This document shows, one piece after another, positions 11,885-23,544 of a stretch of 64,000 nt of DNA. The translations under genes and the position numbers were made by a program. The notes beneath the pieces were generated by a model. It ran no database searches and was not told where the DNA came from. It saw nothing but the letters and a program-made list of their open reading frames with translations. The DNA lies in the NCBI GenBank assembly GCA_051530055.1, contig CM121343.1, forward strand, positions 6,418,389-6,482,388, in the 5' to 3' direction. This DNA comes from Neoechinorhynchus agilis. Its lineage: Eukaryota; Animalia; Acanthocephala. The first letter of the stretch is position 1. Each line of letters starts with the position of its first letter.

Positions 11885-14185
11885 TGGAACGCGGGATGAG
11901 GCGAGGTTTTCTCTTTCGAAATATTTCAAAATAATAAAAGAGTATTGAATTGGGATTCATCACCAGTGTCCATTTTCGGAAACAAAACTTGATTCAAATC
12001 ATGAAGCCCGGAAATCAAGTAGTATTTTACAATATTTTGAACATGCAGTTGAACAAACTGATCTTTACTACTGTCGCAAAGATGGCGAAAGCGTGAGAAT
12101 AAAGATTTTCTTATTGGACGGCGGTGAACATATTCCCAGTTCAAGATTCTTTTACTGTTATGAAATATTTCGAAAGAAACCTCATCCGGTCATTGCTTGT
12201 CGAGTTCAAATAGTAAGAAACTTACAAGCAATGACCCGGATGAGGCGAGGTTTTCTCTTTCGAAATATTTCAAAATAATAAAAGAATATTCAATCGGGAT
12301 TATCACCAGTGTCCATTTTCGGAAACAAAACTTGATTCAAATCATGAAGCCCGGAAATCAAGTAGTATTTTACAATATTTTGAACATGCAGTTGAACAAA
12401 CTGATCTTTACTATGTCGCAAAGATGGCGAAAGCGTGAGAATAAAGATTTTCTTATTGGACGGCGGTGAACATATTCCCAGTTCAAGATTCTTTTACTGT
12501 TATGAAATATTTCGAAGAGAAACCTCATCCGGGTCATTGCTTGTCGAGTTCAAATAGTAAGAAACTTACAAGCAATGACCCGGATGAGGCGAGGTTTTCT
12601 CTTTCGAAATATTTCAAGATAATAAAAGAATATTCAATGGGATTAATCACCAGTGTCCATTTTCGGAAACAAAACTTGATTCAAATCATGAAGCCCGGAA
12701 ATCAAGTAGTATTTTACAATATTTTGAACATGCAGTTGAACAAACTGATCTTTACTACTGTCGCAAAGATGGCGAAAGCGTGAGAATAAAGATTTTCTTA
12801 TTGGACGGCGGTGAACATATTCCCAGTTCAAGATTCTTTTACTGTTATGAAATATTTCGAAAGAGGAAACCTCATCCGGGTCATTGCTTGTCGAGTTCAA
12901 ATAGTAAGAAACTTACAAGCAATGACCCGGATGAGGCGAGGTTTTCTCTTTCGAAATATTTCAAGATAATAAAAGAATATTGAATTGGGATTAATCACCA
13001 GTGTCCATTTTCGGAAACAAAACTTGATTCAAATCATGAAGCCCGGAAATCAAGTAGTATTTTACAATATTTTGAACATGCAGTTGAACAAACTGATCTT
13101 TACTACTGTCGCAAAGATGGCGAAAGCGTGAGAATAAAGATTTTCTTATTGGACGGCGGTGAACATATTCCCAGTTCAAGATTCTTTTACTGTTATGAAA
13201 TATTTCGAATGAGGAAACCTCATCCGGGTCATTGCTTGTCGAGTTCAAATAGTAAGAAACTTACAAGCAATGACCCGGATGAGGCGAGGTTTTCTCTTTC
13301 GAAATATTTCAAGATAATAAAAGAATATTGAATTGGGATTAATCACCAGTGTCCATTTTCGGAAACAAAACTTGATTCAAATCATGAAGCCCGGAAATCA
13401 AGTAGTATTTTACAATATTTTGAACATGCAGTTGAACAAACTGATCTTTACTACTGTCGCAAAGATGGCGAAAGCGTGAGAATAAAGATTTTCTTATTGG
13501 ACGGCGGTGAACATATTCCCAGTTCAAGATTCTTTTACTGTTATGAAATATTTCGAAAGAGGAAACCTCATCCGGGTCATTGCTTGTCGAGTTCAAATAG
13601 TAAGAAACTTACAAGCAATGACCCGGATGAGGCGAGGTTTTCTCTTTCGAAATATTTCAAAATAATAAAAGAATATTCAATCGGGATTAATCACCAGTGT
13701 CCATTTTCGGAAACAAAACTTGATTCAAATCATGAAGCCCGGAAATCAAGTAGTATTTTACAATATTTTGAACATGCAGTTGAACAAACTGATCTTTACT
13801 ACTGTCGCAAAGATGGCGAAAGCGTGAGAATAAAGATTTTCTTATTGGACGAACATATTCCCAGTTCAAGATTCTTTTACTGTTATGAAATATTTCGAAA
13901 GAGGAAACCTCATCCGGGTCATTGCTTGTCGAGTTCAAATAGTAAGAAACTTACAAGCAATGACCCGGATGAGGCGAGGTTTTCTCTTTCGAAATATTTC
14001 AAGATAATAAAAGAATATTCAATCGGGATTAATCACCAGTGTCCATTTTCGGAAACAAAACTTGATTCAAATCATGAAGCCCGGAAATCAAGTAGTATTT
14101 TACAATATTTTGAACATGCAGTTGAACAAACTGATCTTTACTACTGTCGCAAAGATGGCGAAAGCGTGAGAATAAAGATTTTCTT
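11885..14185. repeat. Tandem array of 348-bp units (~6.6 copies); each unit is a ~110-bp inverted-repeat module plus ~240 bp of flank
   Basis: Identical ORF starts at 12780, 13128 and 13476 give the period. Each unit has GAAATATTTCGAAAGAGGAAACCTCATCCGGGTCATTGCTTGT...ACAAGCAATGACCCGGATGAGGCGAGGTTTTCTCTTTCGAAATATTTC. A solo terminus of the module occurs at ~45138-45160. Confidence 0.95.
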
Positions 14186-14749
14186 AATCATTTCAATAGC
14201 TCGCCTAAATGTCAATTTAGGAAAACAAAACTTGATTAATTTTGCCGCTGGAAAAACCAGTAAGGCCAGTGATTTCAGAATAATGAATCTTCCCTTATAT
14301 ACTTTTTAATAAATTCGGATAATTTAACGACTCGTTATAGATCGTAATATCACTTTCTCTATATTAAAGTTAAATTTACGGTTTTTGATGTCATCGATTT
14401 GGTTGATTCGCCTTCCAAAGTATTTAAACATTTCCATTTGCTATATTAGAAGATTTAAAACACTAAGAACGAGTTTAAAAGTGCAATAAAACATGAAAAG
14501 GCAATATTATTATTTTTGTGTTCATATAATTATTAAAACCGAATGATTCCAATATATTTGATCGATCAAATATCCAATATGACGTTTTGATCGTATGATG
14601 ACGTTGGATTTTAATCTTAACGACACGGCAGAAAGATAGATCGTCAGTCATTGAAATGTTTGAAGATTGAACTGTTCATATTGATTGTTTTATGGCGAAG
14701 AAATATTAAAATGATTTTATTTCTTCAACTCCTGAAGGGTCTGAAGCGA

Positions 14750-14855
14750 CGCCTTCAGGTTATAACCGGTGATGCAAGTCAAAATACCAGCATCGCCGTG
14801 TTGAGAGGCAACACTGCAAGCATTCGGGCGACAATTGAGGACGAGGACGGCTAGG
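14750..14855 (+). mobile_element. CRE-clade retrotransposon extreme 3' fragment
   Basis: TGDASQNTSIAVLRGNTASIRATIEDEDG* parallels the C-terminus of the 8930-9300 relic. Confidence 0.6.
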
Positions 14856-15529
14856 CATTCTCCAAGATTTCGATAAGTTCAATGTGATATCCTTTTTGAT
14901 AGCCAATTATAATAATTGATTTATTTGATAATTTTCGGCCTTCGCGTAAGCCTTATTCAGTCTATTGTTTGTTAGTAATTGACGTCCTTATTATAATTCG
15001 CTATAAAAATGTAAATGATGAACATCTCTATAAATTTTAGTATCCGATAGGTTGCTTTTATTAGTTTACCCCATAAACTTTTTATTCTTAAAGTTTTATA
15101 ATTTGTTAATACTTCCAATTCAGATGATCAACGCTCCCATTCATCGGCGCTGGCCAAAATGCTGGCTCAAAACTTACAAGCGTAGAAGATTGCGCGTTTG
15201 AAAACAACCTGATTTTAAAAAGTAAAATCATTTTAATATCTCCGGTAGAAAACAATCAGTGATTGAGATAACAGACGAATCAACAAAAGAAATCAGACTC
15301 AATTTGAGCGAGGAAAGTTGAGATTGGAAGTTGTAAGGTTATGTTTTTGTGGTAACGTTAATAATTTGATCGATATCATGGTTTCGTCGCCTATAAAAAA
15401 TTTCTGCGGGAATACATTAATTTTAGTATGAAGTACAATTAAGAATGTTTATTTTAAAAAATTCCTAAATGGTTAAATCTAAATGAATAAAATTGACGTC
15501 TAAAATCAATATCGGTTTGCAGGCTTTAT

Positions 15530-16420
15530 GGAAATTCTTCTCACGTACGCATTTTTCTATATTTCGAGAGGTCGCGGCTCCCTCGACAATCAATTTATCC
15601 TGTTGGATGCAATCCACCCATCATTTCTTCGGCCTTCCTCGTCGGCGATTTCCCGTTTTCTCAAGTTTCTCCGTGCTGCGCAGTATGTGATCTGCTTCGC
15701 ACTTCGAAACTTTATCGTGCCAGCGCAACCTTCTTTGGACGATCAACTCTGAACAGCGGCAAGTGCCGAGCAGCTCCCTGATGTTCATATTTCTTTTCTT
15801 ATCCTTGAGAGTGTACCCTGCTGTCCATCTCAGCATCCTCATCTCGTGCGTTTCTAATCTTCTGAGGTCGTTTTGCTTGGTCGTCCAAGCTTCTGCGCTA
15901 TATAACATGGCTGGTCGCACCACGGTCTCGAACACCAACCCTTTCAGTTTCAGTGAGATCCTTTTGCCGCCTAGTACACTAGACATCTTCCTCCAGTTGA
16001 GCCACCCGCTTTGTATACGAGCAGTTATTTCGGGTTCGAGGGAATTTGTCATGTTTACTTCGCTGCCTAGATATTTCACTGTTCTTCTCATCGTCAAATC
16101 AAAACCTTCTTCTAACTTAAACGCTTCCGGTCCCATGCATAATCATCTTTTCAACCTGTTTACCTTAAGACCTTTGGCTTCCAATGCCTCACGCCACCTT
16201 TCAGGACTTCGCTGAGCCTCTTCACAGATTTCAGCTGTCACAATCAAGTCATCAGCAAACAATAGTATCCATGGAGGCTTTCGGGCGATTTGCTTAGAAC
16301 CCAACACATCCATGATAGTGACGAATAGGAACGGGCTGACGGCTGATTCCTGATGCAATCCAACTGTAACCTCAAAATAGTTTCCCTCTCCCACGCTGCA
16401 TCTGACACATTTGCAGGATC
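15530..16420 (-). mobile_element. RTE-clade LINE reverse transcriptase 3' fragment (5'-truncated, frameshifted)
   Basis: GLHQESAVSPFLF..LLFADDL..GLKVNRLK, then VKYLGS..WRKMSSVL..LKGLVFETVVRPAMLYSAEAW..EMRMLRWTAG..RLRW..RRRGRPKK. Confidence 0.92.
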
Positions 16421-16679
16421 CTTCTCACATGATTTGGATTGCTCTTATGTATTCCTCGGGACAGTTCTTCTTTCTGAGGCACGTCCATACATAAATTCAT
16501 TATAATTGGAATTAAGTTGTACGATTTTAAAATGTATCTCTGATTTTTCGTTAACCCATTTGCTACAAAAGCGCTCATAGCTGAAGCGTTCAATACCCAC
16601 ATTTCATTGCCTTGTCCTCGTGATCCAATCGTGATTTTTTTGTTTCCAATTTTACAGCGATGGAAATTTAAGACCCTCC

Positions 16680-17335
16680 GAATTTCGATTGGCTGCAGAA
16701 AAATTGCCACTGAATGCTTAAAATAGAAATAAACGAATCTTTTTTGTTCTGTAAAAATAAGATTGAATGCTCTTAGATTTATGACTTTTGCTTATGGAAT
16801 TTTAGCTTTTAAGTGGTTTTATGTGGTCAAAATAGTTATAAATACGATTCGAATTTCGATTGGCTGCAGAAAAATTTCCACTGAATGCTTAAAATGAAAA
16901 TAAACGAATCTTTTTTGTTCTGTAAAAATAAGATTGAATACTCTTAAATTTGTGACTTTTGCTTATAGAATTTCAGCTTTTTAGTAGTTTTGATGTGGTC
17001 AAAATGGTTATAAATACGATTCGAATTTCGATTGGCTGCAGAAAAATTTCTACTGAATGCTTAAAATGAAAATAAACAAAAAAAATTTGTTCTGTAAAAA
17101 TAAGATTGAATACTCTTAAATTTGTGACTTTTGCTTATAGAATTTCAGCTTTTAAGTAGTTTTGATGTCTTCGAAATAGTTATAAGCGCGATGCGAATTT
17201 CGATTGGCTGCAGAAAAATTCCTACTGAATGATTAAAATGAAAGTAAACGAATCTTTTTTGTTCTGTAAAAATAAGATTTAATAGTCTTAAATTTGTGAC
17301 TTTGCTTATAGAATTTCAGCATTTAGTAGTTTTCA
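16680..17335. repeat. Tandem array of ~172-bp units (~3.8 copies, diverged)
   Basis: GAATTTCGATTGGCTGCAGAAAAATT recurs at 16680, 16851, 17023 and 17195. Confidence 0.93.
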
Positions 17336-18348
17336 TGCCAGTAAGCACATTTTTTCAAATTAAACCTAGATTCGCATTTTCGAAAAGGACGCGTGTAACT
17401 ATATTTGAAGAAATTTTGAAATTAGTAAGATTTGCAACGGTCACCGTTTCTATACAAAAACGAGTCTCAATTGTTTCCCCTTTCTATTCCGTTTATTGTT
17501 ATGTTATATATAGAAAACAAGAAACAACTATTTGCTTACGTCGCAAAACTATGACTGAAGCAATCTTCGAGCCAAAATGTTCATCGTGTTTTTGATTTTT
17601 CGCTAGTTTCCTTAAAAAGTTGTTTTTTACGAGTTCGTTTTGACTTCGATTTTGGCCAAATGAACGAAAGTTGGTATTTACTTCGAAATTAGTTTTTAGT
17701 ACAAGTTAAACATTTTTTTGAATATGGTTAAACATTAGATGCAGCCAAACCCGAGTTCGAGTGACTAAATTATTTTGCAGCTTTATTTTCTTAACAACCT
17801 CCTCCAAAATATGAGATTTAATAAAAAAATTAATTTTTACGCCATAAACAAGCATCAGAATAGTTCAAATTTCAAACATCTATTTTCTTTGATGAAGTTT
17901 AGTTTGAATCTTATTTTGTATCCATCCAGAATTCTTGAAAAGTTGGAAGTATTCCTGAAATTCGATCGTTTATGCCGGTTCCCTGGATCTAGTCAGTAGT
18001 AATCTCTGCCGCTTTTTCATTAAAAATTCCACCCGACAAATCGTGCATCATAGCCAAATGACACATCTAGAACGCGTTTTTTGGGTGTGTGTGTGTTTAA
18101 ACTTTGAAGCGTCAAAGGAATGTGTTGAACCTCTCAAAGTCTATATGCCACACCATCTACACATAACTCACCTAGGCAAATTTCCTTGCACGTTACAGCA
18201 TTTGTGTCAGCGTAAATTTCAACTCGTATTTTAGCGGAAAGGTTCTCATTTTTAAAGAGACACTCAGACGAGGTGCATGTCTTCACGGGTTTATTCTCTT
18301 GCAAACAATTCTCGTATTTTCAGATATCTGGTTTGCTGTTCAAAAAAT

Positions 18349-19156
18349 ATGATGGACAGGGTAGACTTCAATAAGCTGCTTAGTGAACGATGCGGTATTG
18401 ATTCAGCCGGGTTCGAAACTGTTCAAGTGATTGGAGCAAGCAGCGCGGAGGAAGCAGCCCATCATCTGAGTCAAAGTCGAGTGAACTTCGACCCTAACCC
18501 AATTGTTATAAGAAAACAGGATAATAGAGCTCCAGTGGAGTATAAGCAAAAAGTTTTTGTCCGGTATCTACAACCGCCAACAGTAAAACCAGGACCTTTG
18601 ATCATTAAGGAGCAGCGAGCGCCTCCAGAGAAACCTATGCCACCATTGATTGTTCGTCAGAGAGCAAGACGTGCGAAGACCCCACCACCACTCATTTTGA
18701 GAGAAGCACCTCCTGACGCAGTAGCTGGAGGAGCTCCACGATTCACAACCGCGAACGGACAAGCTTTTACGAATGAAGATTATGGAAATATGAGTTCTGG
18801 TAAGTGTACTCTCATTGGGTATTCCGGTTGACTTTAATATTCAAAAAAAAGAATCAAATATGCATACTCATGCGATGGGTGGAGGATATCACTCCTCAAT
18901 GAATCCACAGTTTGACCCGGTAAGAGCGTATTTTTCAATCAATTTCGGTTTGTGTACCGTATTTTCACCAGAATGTTGCAGTCATGGGTGGTGGAGGAAG
19001 CAGTAATCGAGGGGGACATGATTCGAAAGTAGTTCAACAACTGATTTCATCTGGTAAGTATTTAAAAATACTAAATTGCGATCTTCTTTCTTACGTTAAG
19101 GTCATTTGGATATACCAGGCGGTAAAGGGTGGACTACCGAAGTCGTTCGAAAATAA
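18349..19156 (+). CDS. Four-exon proline-rich protein of unknown function
   Basis: Exon 1 encodes DPNPIVIRK..VEYKQKVFVRYLQPPTVKPGPLIIKEQRAPPEKPMPPLIVRQRARRAKTPPPLILREAPP. Three GTAAG donors (near 18800, 18919 and 19053) with in-frame AG acceptors give the C-terminus ..GGKGWTTEVVRK*. Confidence 0.75.
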
Positions 19157-19287
19157 CGACATTTCAATACTTCTGCACTAACCAGATAAATGAGCTCTCA
19201 TTCGTCTGATAATATCAAAAATAATTTAAGATTGGTTTTGTTTGAAAATCTCCATTGAACACGCACACACACACACATTATTCGCAT

Positions 19288-19851
19288 TTAAGCTGCACGT
19301 TTTGCAATAACTCCAATTGTAAGAGATGTCAGACTGACAATAATAGAAATGGGGATAGTGATTTGAATGGCAAATGTTTTGCTGAATATTGCCGCCAGTA
19401 TATTTTCGAGTTCGCAAAAACGTTTTTCGGCGACCGGTTTGGTTTCTCCAGGGCATTCGGTAATGTTCTGTGCATCGTTATAGACTTTAGTCGACATCCA
19501 TTTCGTCCCGTGAGCGATCAATAAAAGTGTACCGAATACTATAATAAGTTGAGCGATTATGTTTAACAGTTGAACATAAGAAGAGAAATCCACGGCGAAA
19601 CCGACTCTGCATCGTATCCAAAGTATAGTAAGTGCGCTTATTATTAGATCAATAAGACAGGTAGCTGCAAAAATCCCGAAGAATAAAACAAGTAGTTGTT
19701 TGAATGATCCCCAGTCGTTTATCCGTTTTGTAAGATCTTGGCCTAGAAGGGATTTCATCATATCAGTCGCATGGGCAATGCAAAGACCTCCTACTGCAAG
19801 GTCAATCGTAATCGCGAATGCAGCAGTTAAGTACGTTATGAGTTTTATCAT
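19288..19851 (-). CDS. Intronless four-transmembrane protein of unknown family
   Basis: 187-aa ORF starting at ATG, with four hydrophobic segments and a two-cysteine loop (ITECPGE..RFCEL) between TM3 and TM4. Confidence 0.7.
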   Translation of the reverse strand: MIKLITYLTAAFAITIDLAVGGLCIAHATDMMKSLLGQDLTKRINDWGSFKQLLVLFFGIFAATCLIDLIISALTILWIRCRVGFAVDFSSYVQLLNIIAQLIIVFGTLLLIAHGTKWMSTKVYNDAQNITECPGETKPVAEKRFCELENILAAIFSKTFAIQITIPISIIVSLTSLTIGVIAKRAA

Positions 19852-20303
19852 TTAGAAAATGCAAACACTTCAACAACTCCAACAAAGGCGAGCTTAAGTA
19901 CGACTTTGTGGACTTTGCACTATCGTCACTAGTTGACATTGTCGCAAAGTGTGGACCTTACAAAAAAAGAGTGTAAAAACATTTTTGAAATGAATTCTTT
20001 TAAACCATTGAGGATTTAGGTAACGGTGAATTATAATCACCATTCGTTAATAAACCAAAGAATAAGAATCGATGAAATGCTTAATAGTTTATCAGGCATA
20101 TCGGGCTCCCAGCACTAATTTTTTCTAGCAACCTTTTAAATGGTTACAGTGGCATTCGATTCGATTCGATCAACTAGGGCGCTGGTAATAATGCTAAAAT
20201 CATTACGGAAATGATCACTACAACCCGCTTACTAGGGTGAACGAGTAGTAAAAAACTTGTTGCATTGCACCCAAAGAGTTCCTGATAAATTAATATGGCT
20301 TGA

Positions 20304-20890
20304 AGAATTTATTGATTTGATATTTCGATCCACTTTCTCGGATATTCTGCGGCGATTGTTTTGATTTGATATTTCGATCCACTTTCTAGGATCTTCTGCG
20401 GCGATTGTTTTGATTTGATATTTCGATCCACTTTCTCGGATCTTCTGCGGCGATTGTTTTGATTTGATATTTCGATCCATTTTCTCGGATCTTCTGCGGC
20501 GATTGTTTTGATTTGATATTTCGATCCACTTTCTCGGATCTTCTGCGGCGATTGTTTTCATTTGATGTTTCGATCCACTTTCTCGGATCTTCTGCGGCGA
20601 TTGTTTTCATTTGATATTTCGATCCACTTTCTAGGATCTTCTGCGGCGATTGTTTTGATTTGATATTTCGATCCACTTTCTCGGATCTTCTGCGGCGATT
20701 GTTTTCATTTGATATTTCGATCCACTTTCTCGGATCTTCTGCGGCGATTGTTTTCATTTGATATTTCGATCCATTTTCTCGGATCTTCTGCGGCGATTGT
20801 TTGCAAGTTTTTTTAGTTGAAAAAAAACTTGCAAACAATCGCTGAAGAAGATCCGAGATAGTGGATCGAAATATCAAATCAATAAATTCT
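20304..20890. repeat. Foldback element whose left arm is expanded into ~10 tandem 49-bp units
   Basis: Ends AGAATTTATTGATTTGATATTTCGATCCACT / GTGGATCGAAATATCAAATCAATAAATTCT; inner inverted repeat TTGCAAGTTTTTTT / AAAAAAACTTGCAA. Period is 49 (20321 to 20370). Confidence 0.93.
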
Positions 20891-22084
20891 CAATTTCATT
20901 TATTTTCTCCAATCAACAAATAACAATGAATTATCTTTTCAACAAGTTAATATGAGTTGAACACAATGTCCTTTTGTTTCTGTTGATTCAATTAATGTTT
21001 ATGATAAATAAAATTGTTTCAAATCATTGTGCTGATTTGAGCTTATTAACCGGCGGCACCGGATTCGCAACAAAAAACGCAGGTAAATGTTCTTGGAAAA
21101 GCAAATGGGTTTAATTAACGGGTGTTGAACATAAGGAAATCTCTTAAAAAACGAACAAATCATATTCGCTATTAAAAACCTTTCAAATAAAATAGGTTTA
21201 CTGACGTCAAACATAAAAAAATGTAAAAGCGAAGGAACTTAAAAATTAAGACAAACGTAAAGGCTCATAAATTGATGACTGAGACGAATAAACGTTTGGT
21301 ATCTATTGCAAAGTGAATTTTTTTAAAACGGAAAACGTACTGGACGGGTCAGAATTAAGAATAACCACGGAACGAAATTCTTTTTTGCTGGGCATTTTTC
21401 GAAGTATAAATTTAGATTTTGCAGCAAATTGAGTTGCGTCCGTACTTCCGAAATAGAAGCTCAATAAGCGATATTGAAATCACAAATAAGCCAAGTAAAT
21501 TGGAGTTTGTTATCGTCCTTGTACAAATAATAAATTGAAATCGGTATACAAGGTCCATGGGGCACCGTAAAAATGTCTTCGACATAAAACGTAATTGTCG
21601 CTTTTTACGGCGCTGTACCATGGTTAGAATTCTATTTGTTTATCCATTTAAATGTAAGAAACGCTCTAGAAGATTTAGAGTTCAGTGCGATCCTGAATTC
21701 AAAGGAACGAATAAACCTTCAAACGTTTTTTAGCACTTTCCGCAGTCGGCGATATTCTGTTTTACACCAGAGAAATGATGTTACCACTTTAACTCGGATG
21801 AAACGTTAAGAGTCCGTAGATCTCTCCGGACAAAAATTTATCATTGTGATTCACTGACAACAAATTATTCGTAGTTCAAAAGCGAGAACTCGCTGTTTCC
21901 AAGTTAAAATTCGAGCGCAGTCGTATATCGCTGATTCCATTGAACATTTGCTTGAAGTTTTAAACAATGAAGTTCATTTCGAAGGTCCCATGTTGGTTTA
22001 GCGCGCTTTAAATGTGAAAAACGTGGCTAAAATCCACAATGAGTTAAAGAATATCCCATTAAGCAGTCGGATTTTAATTGATAT

Positions 22085-22864
22085 TTAATAAACGTTAAGC
22101 TTAGCAGACCAACCGTTACCCTCAATATCGTCCTTGTGATAAATCATGCGCGTAGGTATCATCGCTCTTGTTTCGCAGAATTCGAACTTCACGGGACTCA
22201 CAATATATCCACCCCTATTTTATAAGGAAAATCAAAGGTAATCTTTCCTGAAATACCAAAATGATGGCCTTGGAATGTCATCAGAGGAAGGATATTGTTT
22301 TCGAATGGCATCGCAAGCGTCAATCAATTCCTAAAATCGACATGCAAAAAAAAAGATAAAACGAGAATGAACCTGTCGACTGTTAATCCAATCAGATTGC
22401 TTACTAGCCATGGCACTTAATTTGCTCTCATAAGGTCTGCTCATCCAATACAAATCGCTTTCATTCTCATTCATTTTTGTGGCATCTCCATCAATAACGA
22501 CCTGGTTAAGTTTGGTTAACATTGAAACAAACTATTTTCGCAGACCTGACGATTAAGTGGTGTCCAATTAAAGCAACATGAGACTCTTGCATTTGATTCC
22601 TAAGGCGAATAAAGTTCACTTAATTCATAAACGAACATACAATCTCCTTTGATTTTCGGCTCAGATAAGATGTGAAGAATTTAATGTTCCCATCAAATTC
22701 CTTCATGTATAAAACTCGGCAGTTGGGTTCTGAGTTTGACGTAGCGAGGCAAAACGCTTGTGGCTCAGGGATGGAACTACAACTCCGAGCGTCCGCGATC
22801 CATTGCTTGAAAATTAGACTCGGGTCTTCTATCATCAAATAATTCAGAAACCGAGAGATATCTT
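22085..22864 (-). CDS. PNPO: Pyridoxine/pyridoxamine 5'-phosphate oxidase-like protein, divergent C-terminus; first exon not located
   Basis: EDPSLIFKQW..EPQAFCLAT..CRVLYMK..FFTSYLSRKSKEI|ESN..WTPLNRQ|VVIDG..YWMSRPYESKL..SKQS|..IPRPSFW|GGYIVSP..EF, joined by four GT-AG introns of ~41-44 nt. Confidence 0.88.
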
Positions 22865-23544
22865 CTGCAAAAGAAGATAAATTTTTCCAAGAAAGCCTCT
22901 ATCATCAGAGAATCGATTTCCTTCACAATTCTTTGAGTGACTTTTTGAAATTACAATCAAAGATAAGATAATATCGATCATTGGCCGATTATTTTTTACA
23001 CTTACGAATTTGAACAATATTGGTAATTTATGGGGAAACTATTCCTTAAAATACCACCGACAATCCAACGTGAAATGTTTCGGCCGAAAAAACCAAACGA
23101 AGACCATTGATATTATTCAAAACACGAAATCAACGTCAGTTTGTCATTAAGTTTTTAGAAATCCAATTGACACTACCGAGCGAAATTATAAAACACGATA
23201 GATAAAATCACCGATTTCTTGATGAACGGAAGGTCCAATTACTTTACAATATCATTTCTTCTTTATAAGGTAAAAATAATTTAATAAGGAAACAAAGAAA
23301 TAATACAAGACGGAAAAATTGCCGATTTCGACATTCTGGAACTATAGAAGCATTCATAAGGAATAACCTGATCGCGGTCAAAGCAAGAAAAATGCTCAAC
23401 GAACACTAATTTTAAACAACTAAACTTGTAATAATTAAAATCCAGCTCAAAGTCGGAATTAAAACCTTCCCAACGAAAATTTGATTCTTAAACTCAATGC
23501 AAATGATTTTGAAATGACGTTCAGAAACGTCATGCAATCTATCG

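Noticed and set aside
12235-12275. Hammerhead in the 348-bp unit (CGGATGA..GAAATATTTC)
   Set aside because: The core has G in place of the essential U4, stem II is not convincing, and the sequence is explained as the arm of an inverted repeat.
20232-20877. 163- and 109-aa repetitive ORFs
   Set aside because: Products of the 49-bp repeat read through rotating frames; no gene context.
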